Source: Podarcis melisellensis
Lineage: Eukaryota
DNA: 64,000 bases
Assembly (NCBI GenBank): GCA_964234715.1
Contig: OZ174279.1
Reading direction: 5' to 3' (one strand)
Positions 40,014 through 53,228 of this stretch are shown piece by piece. The notes beneath the pieces were generated by a model. That model had not been told where the DNA came from, ran no database searches, and saw only the letters and a list, made by a program, of their open reading frames with translations. A program made the position numbers and the translations under genes. Position 1 is the stretch's first letter; every line of letters begins with the position of its first letter.

Positions 40014-40776
40014 GATAGTAACACTTAGAGCATGAGAGACTTAATCTTAGGGCCATGGACCGTCGTACTTACGAGACCGCCTATCCTGGTATGTCCCGCA
40101 GAGGACCCTAAAGTCCATGAATAATAATAGCTTAAAGGTCCCGGGCCTTAAGGAAGCCAGACTATCCTCCACCAGGGCTAGGGCTTTTTCATTGATGGCT
40201 CCGACCTGGTGGAATGCTCTGTCCCACGAGACTAGGGCCCTGCAGGACTTGATCTCCTTCCTCAGGGCCTGTAAGACAGAGCTATTCTTCCTGGCCTTCA
40301 ATTTGAATTAGCCTGATCCTCTATTCCCTTTTCCCTTTTCCCTTTCCTCTTCTATGAAGAAACCCTTTCTGGGACCCCACATTTAAATTCTTCCCTGGTC
40401 TCCTTGCTGGCCCTAGTAGGACCAACTTGGCCAGTTAGCCCTGGTGATCATTCAATGTCTACTGACTGGGTTTTTTTTCTTCTTCTTCCAAAAATGACCC
40501 CTGAATTTTTGAATTGTATTGATACTGATGCTGCATTTTATGTTGTATTCTATGCTGTTTTATGCTGTTTTTAAGTCACATTTTAATCAATGTTTTATAT
40601 TTGCTGTTAGCCGCCCTGAGCCTGGTTTTTAAAGTGGGATGGGCGGGGTATAAATATTATTATTATTATTATTATTACATGTTTAAGCCCCACGTTGGGC
40701 AAAGGATACCCGCATTGCAGGGATTGGACTAGGTGACCCTTTTGGTCACTTCCCACTCAACAACTCTGTGAGTCTA
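40014..40776 (+). mobile_element. tRNA-Lys SINE split by an L2 insertion
   Basis: 5' tRNA half tagagcatgagagacttaatcttaggg (~40026-40052); 3' half aagccccacgttgggc plus CR1-type tail at ~40678-40776. Confidence 0.8.
40051..40677 (+). mobile_element. L2 LINE 3' fragment
   Basis: Uninterrupted frame GHGPSYLRDRLSWYVPQRTLKS...RAFSLMAPTWWNALS...CKTELFFLAFNLN* (L2 ORF2 C-terminus), 3' UTR ttagccgccctgag...gggcggggtataaat and (TAT)n tail. Confidence 0.9.
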
Positions 40777-41491
40777 GAATAATGCCTTCATACTTTTTAC
40801 AGCTTTCTTGAATCTGATTGTTAACCATGCTGGTATCCTCACGAACATGTTTGGCCCTTCTGTTAAAGCTGAGTTTCTGTTACAATGGTTTCAAACAGCC
40901 TTCAAATGTCCTGAACAGATTTGACCATTGTGATGCTCCTTTCAACTTATTTTCTGTCTGATATGATGATTTGGAGGTGTTCTTTTAATAGACCATCTAT
41001 CTACAATGTGTGGTCCAGGTTCAATATTCTGCCTGAATGATAGAAAATAATTTTTTAGAAGTTTTTTTTTACTGTTTCGAATTTGAATTTGGACTTGGAG
41101 AAAAACAGACAGAAAGCTTGACTGCTGAAATGTAACATTGATGTGACTGCAAACTTTGGGGATCACTGCAAGATCCACAGTTATAGGCACACCTTAAATT
41201 CCAGTATGCTCTGTGTTTATATTTTGTAGGTATTTCAAAGACACCATAAGTTTCACCATAAGGGATGGTTTCATTTCTAACCATAGCTAGGTATCTCTTG
41301 CCTGCTGTTACTTAGAAATCCCATGGTTTTTGTTCCACTGCAGTTGTCATTTCTTAAAGTAAGACAGGAAAGGAATTTTCATGGAGCACAGCAGTCAGCT
41401 CTGCCTCTCCTTCCAAGGAGAATGTTTACTCTGAAGAGCCATACATTCATGTTGCAAATAGATAAAAACTGGATAGATCTAAAAAAGGGAT

Positions 41492-41713
41492 AATTGTTTA
41501 TAGAACTCTCATCTTGTATGTTGTGCTAAAATTTTGTTTGCTGAAAAAAAGACAGAAAGAAACACTATTTGATTATAAATAGTGTTTCTGTCTCTCCTTT
41601 TTTGCAGCAAATGTAACTTTTGCAGCAAATGTAACTTTCTCCTTTTTTGCAGCAAATGTAACTTTTGCAGCAAATGTAAAACAACATACAAGATGAGAGT
41701 TCTATAAACAATT
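41492..41713. repeat. Foldback structure: 33-bp perfect inverted repeat enclosing a hairpin and hierarchical tandem repeats
   Basis: 41492-41524 is the exact reverse complement of 41681-41713; inner 13-bp IR at 41558-41570/41577-41589; 4 copies of TTTTGCAGCAAATGTAA. Confidence 0.93.
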
Positions 41714-41782
41714 GTGAAAGCAACTGTATTTCCTTTAGGATGTGGTGGCTTAATTGTTCTGGTGCAGGGTGGACAGCATCAC

Positions 41783-42273
41783 TGTTGCATGCCACCCGAA
41801 TCTCCAAGCAGTTCAGGATTCCAGGGGTTCCAGGCACTTACTCAGGGTTCAGTTTCTTTGGAGTGAGGGACAGTGGAGACCATGGTGTCTTTATGATATC
41901 TGGTTAATTTATACATATATACAACCTGAACCTACAATGGTTAATGCTCACAGCTTTAACATCCCCAGAAGGTCTTGTTTCTCCCATAGTTACAGCCTTG
42001 GATTCAAGCAGAGATCAAGCATGGCACTCACTCTCTGGCTTCTGTCTGCTTCTAGCAGCTCTCACACAGAGCTTTGGCTATTGACTTTCTCAGTACTCAG
42101 GGGAGGGGGCCCACCCATTTCCCCTCTAGCACAGAGCAACTTCCTTTGTTAGACTAACTACCCATACCTGGCCCTTGCCTGGCTAATTCAACAATGGAAT
42201 ATACCATTAGATTTTAACCCTTGCTACAGCCAAGAATTAGAAGGGATTCATACAGCCTAACCTACCCCACAAC
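41783..42273 (-). mobile_element. Possible degenerate LTR-like element
   Basis: Starts TGTTG, ends CAAC, flanked by TCAC; composition differs from the flanks; termini imperfect. Confidence 0.3.
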
Positions 42274-43383
42274 TCACAATAGTACTTTGATGAATTGAAG
42301 CCTGTAACTAGCGCTGACACCTTATACCTGTGTAGTCTTTTCTTAAAGTGTTTCATTTGGGGGGGGGGTTCAGTTTATGGGATTATGGCTCATGTCCCAC
42401 CTAGAAAAATTACTGTTGTTGGTTTTTGGATCAATAATTTAGGTCCAGGGAAAATCTATTGCTAAATATTTTGGCAGGCTATTCTGGAAGTATTCCTAGA
42501 AATGAGACACATCTGTCAGTTATAAGTAAAACAGAGCAGAATCATGAAAAGTGGTGGCCAGAAGTATCTGGGCCATCAGTAGCAGCTGATGGGAGGCAGG
42601 AAAGTTAATTGAATTGAGCTTGAGTTATAAAATGCAATTGTTAGGGCCCTTGGGAGGTCTGGCTAATGTGTGGTTTTATGTCCGGGTCCTGTAAATGTTG
42701 TTTTACTGAAGTGAACATAGAATGCTATTATGGGTCATTCCCATAATAACCACTCCCTAGAGGTGAGTGTACCTAACCCTGTTCCTAGCAGGACACCTGG
42801 CACAATGCAGATTTCTACCCAGAGGTCTCATTTGTGCTGCAGTTTGCAAGCAGGTAGGAAACAGCAGCAGGTGGGAGTGCCACTGTTTCTTACTTTCTTC
42901 ATACTCTGGACAAAGGAGAGAGGATGCTTAATCTCTTTCAAGCCCTCTGTGCATGCCAGAGTGACCAACGGAAGGGCTCATTGTTGTCACAAATAGTGAC
43001 TGGCTAGTAAGCCAAACCAACGTTTGTTAACTCATGAAGCTAATTATACATAATTTTAGCAGTGTGTTAAATATATATTTTGTTGGAGTAACTGAGAGTT
43101 GTGCATGGCTCTGCTATGTAAGTAAGGATGTTTATGATATGGTTATATGTGAAAATGCCCTGCCTTGTGGCAGCCTCAGAGGTGTGGTGACTCATTTGAT
43201 AAATATGGGGATGCTAAAACTGAGTAATCTTCTTTGTAATATAATGAGACCCAGTGCTTTTATTGGAGAAAGTTTCCCCTCCCACCCTCACAATTTTATT
43301 AATTAAAAATAATCTCAATAGCAGTCTTGTTGTGAGCTCTTAGACTATTTTTTAAAAAGATATCAGCTCTGTTTTTAATATGA

Positions 43384-43551
<168 letters not shown>

Positions 43552-43873
43552 TAAACAAGAAATCCAAGTTTTATTATTTAACTGGAGACTTTAGGGGTTT
43601 TGTGTGCTGTTGTGAAAAACACTGATGCTATATTTTAATGTTGTTTATGAATATAACATTATGTGTAATGTATGAATAGTATAGCATACCATTAGTTTTC
43701 TAGTGACCAGCTTTTAAAAAAAAACTTAAAGCACTAATATATGTGTTGCGAAATTCCTTTATGTCTCATATTCTAAGGTATCATAAAACCAAATGTATCA
43801 CAATAGTGTGTAATGGTCATAGAAGCAGATTGTCTTTGCTATCTTCAGAAACTGCTTTGCTTCTTGATCTTGA

Positions 43874-44107
<234 letters not shown>

Positions 44108-44950
44108 TGAGCATGGGATTATTTATGCATCTGCTATTTGATTGATATTGCTGTATTCTTACATGAAAAACTATATTTATAGCAAACGATGGGCTTCGAA
44201 AGAAGTATGAATATATGTATACATGCCAAATATATAGTTGAATCAAGTTTAAATAAAACTTTCAACCATATCAAGATACTTAGGATGTCAGTATAGCAAT
44301 GGATTCAATACTTTTTGATTTGTAGTCATTTTAAAATTCACCTCCTGTGAGAGTGATGCAGTATCAGTCATCAAAAGGGTCTAAAACTTTTTAGGGCTGC
44401 AAACTGGCAAAGTTGTTCAGCAAGACTAAAAAATAAAGTGCTACATTTTTTTAAAATCCCCATTTCATGTGATTTTGCAAGCATGTAAGAGCAACTTAGC
44501 CATAGTATGAAGAGCTGATATAAATGCCAGAACCAGTTATTTGAATCATAGAATTGTAAAGTTGGAAGGGACCCTGAGGGTCATCTAGTCCAACCCCGTG
44601 CAATGCAGGAATCTCAGCAAGCAGTCCCCAACCAATTTGAGACCATTCTGGACCCTGATTAGCTTTGCAAGTGTGCAAGGAGATTTATTGCTGCACCATT
44701 ACCTTTTATTACCCATCTAGAAAGAGAGGCAATGATTGGCTGTGATAGAAATACACACAGTTAACATTGATTCAGTACTGCCATGCACACATTGACATAC
44801 AGTCACATGTTACTACAGCCGTGCTTGGACCTGCTGCTTGTGTGCAAAGGCTGCACATGAGCAGAATAGGAATAAGCATGCTAAGCTCTGCCCCCATGTC
44901 ACCATGGCTGCTGCCCACCACAGGTTAGGGGGGCAAAGTCTGAAGCAGGG

Positions 44951-44998
<48 letters not shown>

Positions 44999-45436
44999 TA
45001 ATTTATTATTTATACCCCGCCCATCTGGCTGGGTTTCCCCAGCCACTCTGGGCAGCTTCCAACAAAATATTCAACTACAGTGGTCTGTTAAATATTAAAA
45101 GCTTCCCTAAACAGGGCTGCCTTCAGATGTCTTCTAAAAGTCTGGTAGTTGTTCTTCTCCTTGACATCTGGTGGGAGGGCGTTCTACAGGGTGGGTGCCA
45201 CTATAGAGAAGGCCCTCTGCCTGGTTCCCTGTAACTTGGCTTCTCACAGTGAGGAAACCACCAGAAGGCCCTCGGAGCTGGAACTCCGTGTCCGGGCAGA
45301 ACGATGGGGATGGAGACGCTCCTTCCGGTATACAGGACCGAGGTCGTTTAGGGCTTTAAAGGTCAGCACTAACACTTTGAATTGTGCTCAGAAACATACT
45401 GTGAGCCAAGGTAGATCTTTCAAGACCGGTGTTATG
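44951..45436 (-). mobile_element. L2 LINE 3' fragment with (ATA)n tail
   Basis: Minus-strand translation ITPVLKDL..W...QFKVLVLTFKALNDLGP...QRAFSIVAPTL*NALP...FRRHLKAALFREAF with a few stops. Confidence 0.9.
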
Positions 45437-46200
45437 TTGTAAATAATGTACTGAGTCCTCACTCTACCTTCCAAGTTGCAGAGAGCAGACAAAGGGGCAA
45501 AGGTTAGTGAGCTCATCCCCACTCCTGCGAACATATGTGCAGCCCACCAGAAAAGGGCTCATGCATTTTCAATATCTACTTCCAAAGTCTGCTACCCTTT
45601 GACATGCAGTGCTCTGAATAAAGAATGCTGAGATGCTATCTAGGGCTGATGAGACGATGAGTGATGCAGTTCAACGGCATGCGGTGGGCTGGCCTAATGC
45701 CACGGCTGGACCTTTTATTGTGTATGAATCTGAATATACTCCTACCATGCACTCTTCAAGCCCACGTACAAAGAAGCGCTTCTAACGCACTGTCAGTATG
45801 GCTGGCAAATTATTTTTGCGGCGTCAAAACAGGCTGTTAATTCTTCATGGCTGCCTTCTTAACATGGGGTCACCCTGGGGCAAAAGGTACTTGCCTTTTC
45901 CAAGGCGATGCTTCCTCCCGTTCATGAGCGCTACAGAGTCCAGCTGGGAGCACAGGCTGTTACTGTGCAGATGTGCCCTAATTCAGTACTGCGGCCTTGG
46001 AAGGGGAAAGCACAATTAAGACATAACTCAAGTTCTTTGGAAAACATCTCCTGGCATGTGTTTGATTTCTGTCCGAAAACGTAGCAAGAATAATGTTTGT
46101 TTATGCCCTAGAGTGCACTCTGGTTTTCATGTGGGGAGCTTGCTTTGCCACTGTATTCATGCTATTTCAAAATCTCGCTTTAATGCACTGCAGGTGTGTG

Positions 46201-46205
<5 letters not shown>

Positions 46206-46232
<27 letters not shown>
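46206..46232. repeat. (TG)n microsatellite
   Basis: About 13 units. Confidence 0.95.
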
Positions 46233-46234
<2 letters not shown>

Positions 46235-47126
46235 GTGTTGTGTTGTGTTATACAATTTGGCATATTTAAAGGGACAAATGCTGTTTCGTTTTCCATTGCT
46301 AAGTGCTCTGGGAAAATTAAAACACACACAATACTTTATTCAGTATTTCAAACCCTATTGGGGCTATTGATCCAGCAGTCATTATCACGTGGCTCCATCC
46401 TACTGCCTTGATGCCTTTTTTTTTTTTTTTACTGTGCTGCATGAATGTTTTACTTAAATATGCAAAGAGAACCTCATGGGGGGAAGCATAGCTTTGAAGT
46501 GATGTACAGAGTGTTTGAGATGCCATCTTTGCTCTTTTTATGTATTATTAAGGATTTTTATGCCTGTAGAACAGGCAGTGTCAGGGCATATATCTACGAT
46601 GAAGAGCTGTACACATATTTAAAAATATTAGCTCATTTCAGATAGCCGTGATCAGCATAGGTAATGGGGATTATCCTCCCACAACTTTTTAGGGATCTGG
46701 AATGCTGATTCAGTGCAATTGAGAGTTAGCAGAAAGAGTGAAATAAATATTTTTTAGTTTACATTTCCCCAGAGGCTTGGGACGGAGGAGTTAAGAACAT
46801 GTTATATCTATATAGAGAATACAATGGGTGGATCTTCCTTAGTTTACAGTGGTGGATACTGTTGCAAGTTGGAGTTTTGGCAAGGATTAACAGAGGAAGT
46901 AAGCAGATGGACATATACAGTAGCTGAGTTCAGCAATTTCCTTTTAAGCATTGTTTCCTGGATTATTTTATGTATTGTTTCTGGAAAGGATGAAATGCTC
47001 CTGTGAAATGCTGTTCAGTTACAGTATTTTAGCTAATGCAAAGAGGCAGGGCAATCCAAAGGGGGCAGAGGAAGGAAAATCTGAAGCAGACACTCTTCCA
47101 AAGCCAAAGCCCTGCTAGATTTATTC

Positions 47127-47172
47127 TGTGAACCGCCTTGAGACCTCTAGGTATAGGGCGGTATATAAATTC

Positions 47173-47224
<52 letters not shown>

Positions 47225-47233
47225 TAATAATAA
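47127..47233 (+). mobile_element. L2-type 3' terminus with long (AAT)n tail
   Basis: tgtgaaccgccttgagacc...gggcggtatataaat followed by about 20 AAT units. Confidence 0.75.
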
Positions 47234-47388
47234 TGGATTTAGCACTGGCAGAGCAGAAGGTGGAAGATCAGCATTTCTACCAACTTTCCATGCTTTTTTA
47301 TTCTTATTTGTAAAAAAGCTTTGGTCCCAATGGAAAGAAAGGTAAGTTTATTAGCCTTAGGGACTGTGTACTCCCCAACCCCCTAATC

Positions 47389-47622
47389 CATGGGTAGGCA
47401 AACTAAGGCCCAGATCCGGTCCAATCGCCTTCTCAATCTGGCCCACAGACGGTCAGGGAATCAGCATGTTTTTACTTGAGTAGAATGTGTACTTTTATTT
47501 AAAATGCATCTCTGTGTTATTTGTGGGGCATAGGAATTCGTTCATTCCCCCCCCCAAAAAATATAGTTTGGCTCCCCACAAGATCTGAGGGACCCCCTGT
47601 TGAAAAGGTTTGCTGACCCCTG
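47389..47622. mobile_element. Non-autonomous hAT element
   Basis: CATGGGTAGGCAAAC...GTTTGCTGACCCCTG termini; 8-bp TSD CCCTAATC / CGCTAATC (7/8 match). Confidence 0.85.
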
Positions 47623-48090
47623 CGCTAATCTGTGCCAAAACACATCCTCCAAAGCACCAGAGGAGGAGGGATAGCTGTGGAGGTTTCTGCAACTGCAACA
47701 AGGATGCTCCTTCCACAGAGAAGCAGATTCACAAAACCTTGTGGCCCCAGGACCTTAGGACTGCATGCTAGGAAGTTGTATGTAGTCACATCACACATAA
47801 CTAAAATCTACGTAGTTTCAAAACAAGTAATTTTATATGGCTTTCTGAGAACATTTCAGCTTCTCTGCATTACATGCAGCCTATTAAATTTCATTTTGTT
47901 CACTATATGCTGCATTCTTCAGTTAGTTTATTAGTTCAGTTAGTTTATTCCTACTAAGGGGAATATGTTGAACAAAGATTCTTACTGGTGATGTTAGACA
48001 GGTGCCCTTCTAAGTATAAGCATTAGACAATTGACTAACGAGGTAAAAACTTACCTGCAGTCACTTCCCTGCTATTTTGCCACTTACACT

Positions 48091-48092
<2 letters not shown>

Positions 48093-48122
<30 letters not shown>

Positions 48123-48124
48123 AT
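48093..48124. repeat. (AAAT)n microsatellite
   Basis: 8 units. Confidence 0.95.
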
Positions 48125-48840
48125 GCTTTATTTGTATAGCACATGGGCTTATTTATCATTTAATTTGATAATAATATTTAATGCATTTAAAAATGATTGT
48201 TGACTGTATGATTCTTTTAACTGTATTTCTGAAGCAGAAGGGAATATTTCCTCCTTTGGCCAAATAATGCAAATATGAGTACTAAATTCTGTCATGGGAT
48301 ATGGAATGTCTGCGGTAAAAAAAAAAGCAGAAGGCAACTTACTCTAAAGATTCCACACCACTGACATTTCTAAAACTGCTGTGTTCTTTCATTCCCAAGC
48401 ATGCAATTTTCCTTTAAGTGATGGACTTCTGCCTTAGGACAGACTGCTTTTCTAAACAGGAAAAGAAATTAAATAAAGTATTGAGTTACAGGCACCAGTA
48501 GAATGAACTGGTTTGCACTCACTAACCCATTTTTCCACGGAAAAGAATTTAGCACAAATGAGAAACAGATCTGTTGGGATGTCCCCCTTCAGTTTCCATA
48601 AGGTTGTGCTGACCAAATGGAGATACATAGTAATATGGGATAATTTGAAGGCATATTGAAGAGTGAAGGTTCTTTATTAACTATGTTCTCTAGGGAGGGA
48701 AGTAAAAAATTATTTCTGGAAAACTAACTCAAGGGAAGCCCAAGAAAAGAAAGGGAGCTGTGAAAGTGAAACCATTAGTTGGCTTGTAGTGAGTTAGTCA
48801 ACTGGTCCATCTAGCTTCAAATCATTTTTTGATTCTCTCT

Positions 48841-48972
48841 NNNNNNNNNNNNNNNNNNNNNNNNNNNNNNNNNNNNNNNNNNNNNNNNNNNNNNNNNNNN
48901 NNNNNNNNNNNNNNNNNNNNNNNNNNNNNNNNNNNNNNNNNNNNNNNNNNNNNNNNNNNNNNNNNNNNNNNN
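48841..48972. other. Assembly gap
   Basis: 132 N. Confidence 1.
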
Positions 48973-51900
48973 TCTAACAAGCAGTGCAAATAGGACTTAA
49001 TGGAACTATAAACAAAGGGTTAATAAAGTTTTTCTGTTCCTTTAGCAAAAATAAACAGGACCAAAAAAAACAACAACCCCTATCATGAATGCAGGTCACA
49101 TATTGTGATTACATGATGACTGGTTGAAAGCCAAAACAAATGGAACTGAACAGACCTCCCACATGGAAGTTTCCATAGAAGAAAGCATAGAGTTGGAGTG
49201 TTCACCTTAAAAGCCAATAAGTCCTCATAGATCACTCTTCCCCTTTCCTGAACAGTGAGTGGTTCTCCCTAGACATTTTATTAATCACTTGGGCAGCTTG
49301 ACTATACAAAACACGGCAACTTGGACTTAGAAATGTTGCCTCTCTTAGCTCCAAAACAAGTTCCTGAACGTCTGAATAACACGGTCCTGGTAATTGGGAT
49401 GGATGCAGGAAATGCATCTCTTTCCTATTTAGAAGTTGCCAGAAATGTGCAGAGCTCTAAAATTACTCTCAAGGGTCATAGAGAGGATACTGGTGGACAC
49501 TGCTTATTTTTGACTTCTCTGATTTGAAGAAGAAATCCAACTGAGCAAACCATGTTCATTTCCAGTGCTTATGAAGTCTCTATTAGACCAGTGGTAGGGA
49601 ATCTGTGGCATTCCAGATGTTGCTGAACTAAAACTCCCATCGTATTTGTCTATTGGCCTTGCCAACTGATGAGAGTCAAAGACCAACATCATCATCCCTA
49701 GCTAACAGGGCCAGTGGTCAGGGATGATGGGAATTGTAGCCTCAAAACATCTGGAGGGCCGAGTTTGGCCATGCCTGATCTAGAGAGTCACAAGTTCCCC
49801 TTATCTGTTGTAGATGAATAATCTCACCCACTTTGAAAATGCAGCTAACTAGATTGATACTGGGACAATAGGTGCATTCAGACTTAGTGATAAATTCTAG
49901 TTCATAAGTATGGGAATGAACCTGTGTGAGCATCAGGACTCATATACTTCCCTCTTCAGCACAGTTGCAGGATAGAAGCAATGGTCCCATTTTTCACTAA
50001 GCACCATTTATGTTTGAACAAACTGTGCTTAACCTTAACTGTGGTTTACTGAAACAAATTAACTTTGTATTTATGAAGCTGGTTTGTTTTAATAACCATA
50101 GCTAACATTAACCACAGTTTAGGGTTCAAAACAGAAGTGAACATTTTGGTTCACTTCCTTGTAGTTTCATCAAAGGAGAGTGCATGAGTCCAACACTTGT
50201 CTAGGCTCATTCCCTTAATAACTGTAGTTTCTTGTGATGTCTGAAAGCAACCATAAATCATATAATGTTTCTTATTAACTCAAAGTGTTCTGAGCTAACC
50301 TTTGAAGTAAGGAGGCCTGGTTACTGAAAGGAGGATGGTTTGTCTATTAATTTGCAAAAATGATTGTGTGTGACATGATCTAGTGTCTGCTGCAATATGG
50401 TGTAGAATCAGCCTTCCTCAACCTGTACCCTCCAGATATTTTGGTGTACAATTTCCATCTGCCAGAGTCAGTATGGCCAGAGATGAAAGGAGCTGTAGCC
50501 CAAAACATGTGGAGGACACCAGGTTGGTGGAGAATAGTGCAGATGCTTCTGTGCCAGGAGATCTAATTAGCTCCCTACCTGGCAGTCTTTTTTGCCATTT
50601 CACTGTTTGAGGTTTGCTTTTAGGGAGGTCTTAGTCTTCTGATGTGTTTTGAAAATAGCTAGGGACTTTTGCCACAATTTACTAATAGAAAAATTACCAT
50701 CTGAGCATGTGAAACAGCTTTTAGAGCCTTTTTTGTTTTTGTTTTAAAGAAATCTGCCTCCATTAGATCTCTTAAAACCACCAAGAGGTAAACTTATGAG
50801 AAGAAACATTTTGAGGTCCAGTTATACGTTTTAGGGTCAAGATCACTTCCACATGTTTTGTAAGAGGTACCTCTGAAACGCAACCAGTTTGTTTTCCAGA
50901 ACTGTTGGCCATTAACATAAACACACACAGCTTGCTTTGCTGCTTTCCACACAGGCTGTGTACACAGAAAAATAGCCAAACCCCCCTCTGGCCACACAAA
51001 TACAGTAACTGCAGTGCTACAGAGGGGAAGAGAAACCACATGAATGGATCAGACAAATAGAAGGGAAAGCAGTGGGTGAGAGAGAAATCAGGAGGGCAAA
51101 AGTTCGCCTTCACTTCCTACTGCTGAAGCAGGTAGGCCTCAAGCAGTGTTGGTGCCCTCGAATCAAGTTCATCACCTGGGTTGGGTTGGGTTGGGATCAG
51201 AGAAAGCCTGCAACTTGTTTTAGAGCACCAGGCCTCCAAAGACTCAAAAGGGTTGATTGTGGCAACAGTAATGAGGCAGACACTGATACTGGATTAAACT
51301 ATTGTCACAACTTTTACTGTATACAGCAGCAACAACAAAAGTTACTAGGACTAGCTAAATTATTGGGGGTGAGGGCCTGAGTCGTGACTCTTTGCACCTG
51401 ATGACTGGTCTGGCTGTCCATTCCTGCCCCTTAATTACCAAGACAGGAGTTTGACTAATATAATAAAGCATGCAACGAAAATCCAGTAATTACCCCACTA
51501 ACTACTCAAAAAATCACTCAAGGGAAGGTGAAGACCATGCACGTCTTTGTCCAATCGGCATGGTGTCCAAAAAATTGTTCCTGCTCCCTTAGAGAGCGAC
51601 CCTCAAATGACTGAGGTAACTGTAATTCAGTTGTGACCTGCCAGATTTTGCTAACCTCAACTCCCATCAGCCCCAGCAAGCATGGCCTATAGCAAATGGG
51701 AGTTCTAGTTCAACAATCTCTGGCAGGACAAAGGTCCTTCACATGGGCCTTAAATAAAGGGAAGCAACTCAACTCTTGGCCCTGGCCTGACATTCACTTG
51801 TGTCACCTGTCTTTGGCTGCCACTAAATCTGCTTGACACATCTGCTCGCCTGACTCTTGAATTTTCTTCTTGCCCCATTTGCTTCACTAAAATGAAAAGG

Positions 51901-52184
51901 GATAATAAGTTGTGCATTTTCCTAGTTGTTCAGAAGCAGCTGGTAGGTGTGATTTCTTGCACGCGTCACCCTCACTTTCCAGTTTATTGAAAACAGGAAT
52001 GTAAATCCTTGTATGAAATCCATTGCATCCTCTTCATAGCACTGGCTCAGTAAGATGGTTCCAGTTACAGAATTTTAAAAATTATGCAGACTGTGTTAGG
52101 CATTAAATAGCTCCCCACATCACTGGAACACCGGACGAAGAATCCCAGTGATTTTGTGTGTGTGTGTGTGTACACACACACACA

Positions 52185-52325
52185 CCGCATTTTTCAGTCT
52201 ATAAGATGCCCCCATGTATAAGACAAGCCTTATTTTTGGGGACTCCGATGGGGGGAGATGGCCCCCGTGTATAAGATGCCCTCAAATTTTGTACATTCTT
52301 TTTTAGCTGTGAAATAGAAATACCA
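52185..52325. mobile_element. Fragment of a Tc1/mariner-type MITE
   Basis: ccgcatttttcagtctataagatgc with repeated tataagaYgc motifs, similar to the 53229 element. Confidence 0.6.
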
Positions 52326-53228
52326 TATTTCCCAGGTCTCTGCATCGCAAGGTGCCCATACGTCTGCTGTCTTTGTGAATTTGTCATCTTGCATGTGTGC
52401 ATCACATTCCTCTTTTCCTCTTCACTACTGTCCTTTCATCTCCTTGAGATTTGCTTACCACTTTCATCCATAAATTTGTTCTCAATATCACATAATGGAT
52501 TTGATATCCTGCTGATGCTGTGTGTCACCTCTTCTGCTTCTATTAAAAAATAATTGATACTTATTTCCCTTACACGTTTGAGGGTACAAATCAATGTTTC
52601 ATTCAGTGAGTCATACTTTGGCAACACAGTGTAAAGTAATCTTACTTTTTTGTATAGGATTTCTTCGCTGGTCTGATCTGTTAGACCGTGTGAATGCATT
52701 GCAGGCTTGTGAATATACTGACTTTGGAAAGTATATTGTTTTTCTTGGCATCTTTTAAAGGAATAAAATAAGCATTCCTGACTTAATATAGTAAGGGCTG
52801 TCTGAGTTTTGGCAGGACTTCTGCTAATAGATTGCTGCCATTTAGTTCAGGCATTTCCCAGGGTTGCTGCTGCTACATGTTTTGCAATTCGCTGTCAGCT
52901 CAGTGTATGAATTCTTTTTGGGAGTGGGGGTGTTGAGGAATCAATATTATTCTTTAAGAAAAATAAGATTTATAGAGTTCTGCTCTCTTGTATTCTTGTT
53001 TATGAATTTCCTGTAAACTTTCAAGCTGTAAGGCCAATAAAAATTAAAGCCACTTTTAATTCCTCACTATAGACATCAGTTTTACTGCAATTATTTCAGG
53101 AGCGGACCCAATTTCAGTTTTCTTCACAAGCATCCACAGTAAAGTATTAACTTCTTACAACCAAACTGGAAACATTAATATTGGGGGGTGGGTTGCAGTG
53201 CTTTCCCGACCCATGTTCCTGGGAGTTA

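Noticed and set aside
41593-41679. CRISPR-like array or repetitive peptide ORFs (41509-41691, 41565-41837)
   Set aside because: Eukaryotic intron, no unique spacers, no cas genes; the peptide repeats merely reflect the DNA tandem duplication.
44813-45046. Poly-Tyr ORF
   Set aside because: Translation of the (ATA)n L2 tail.
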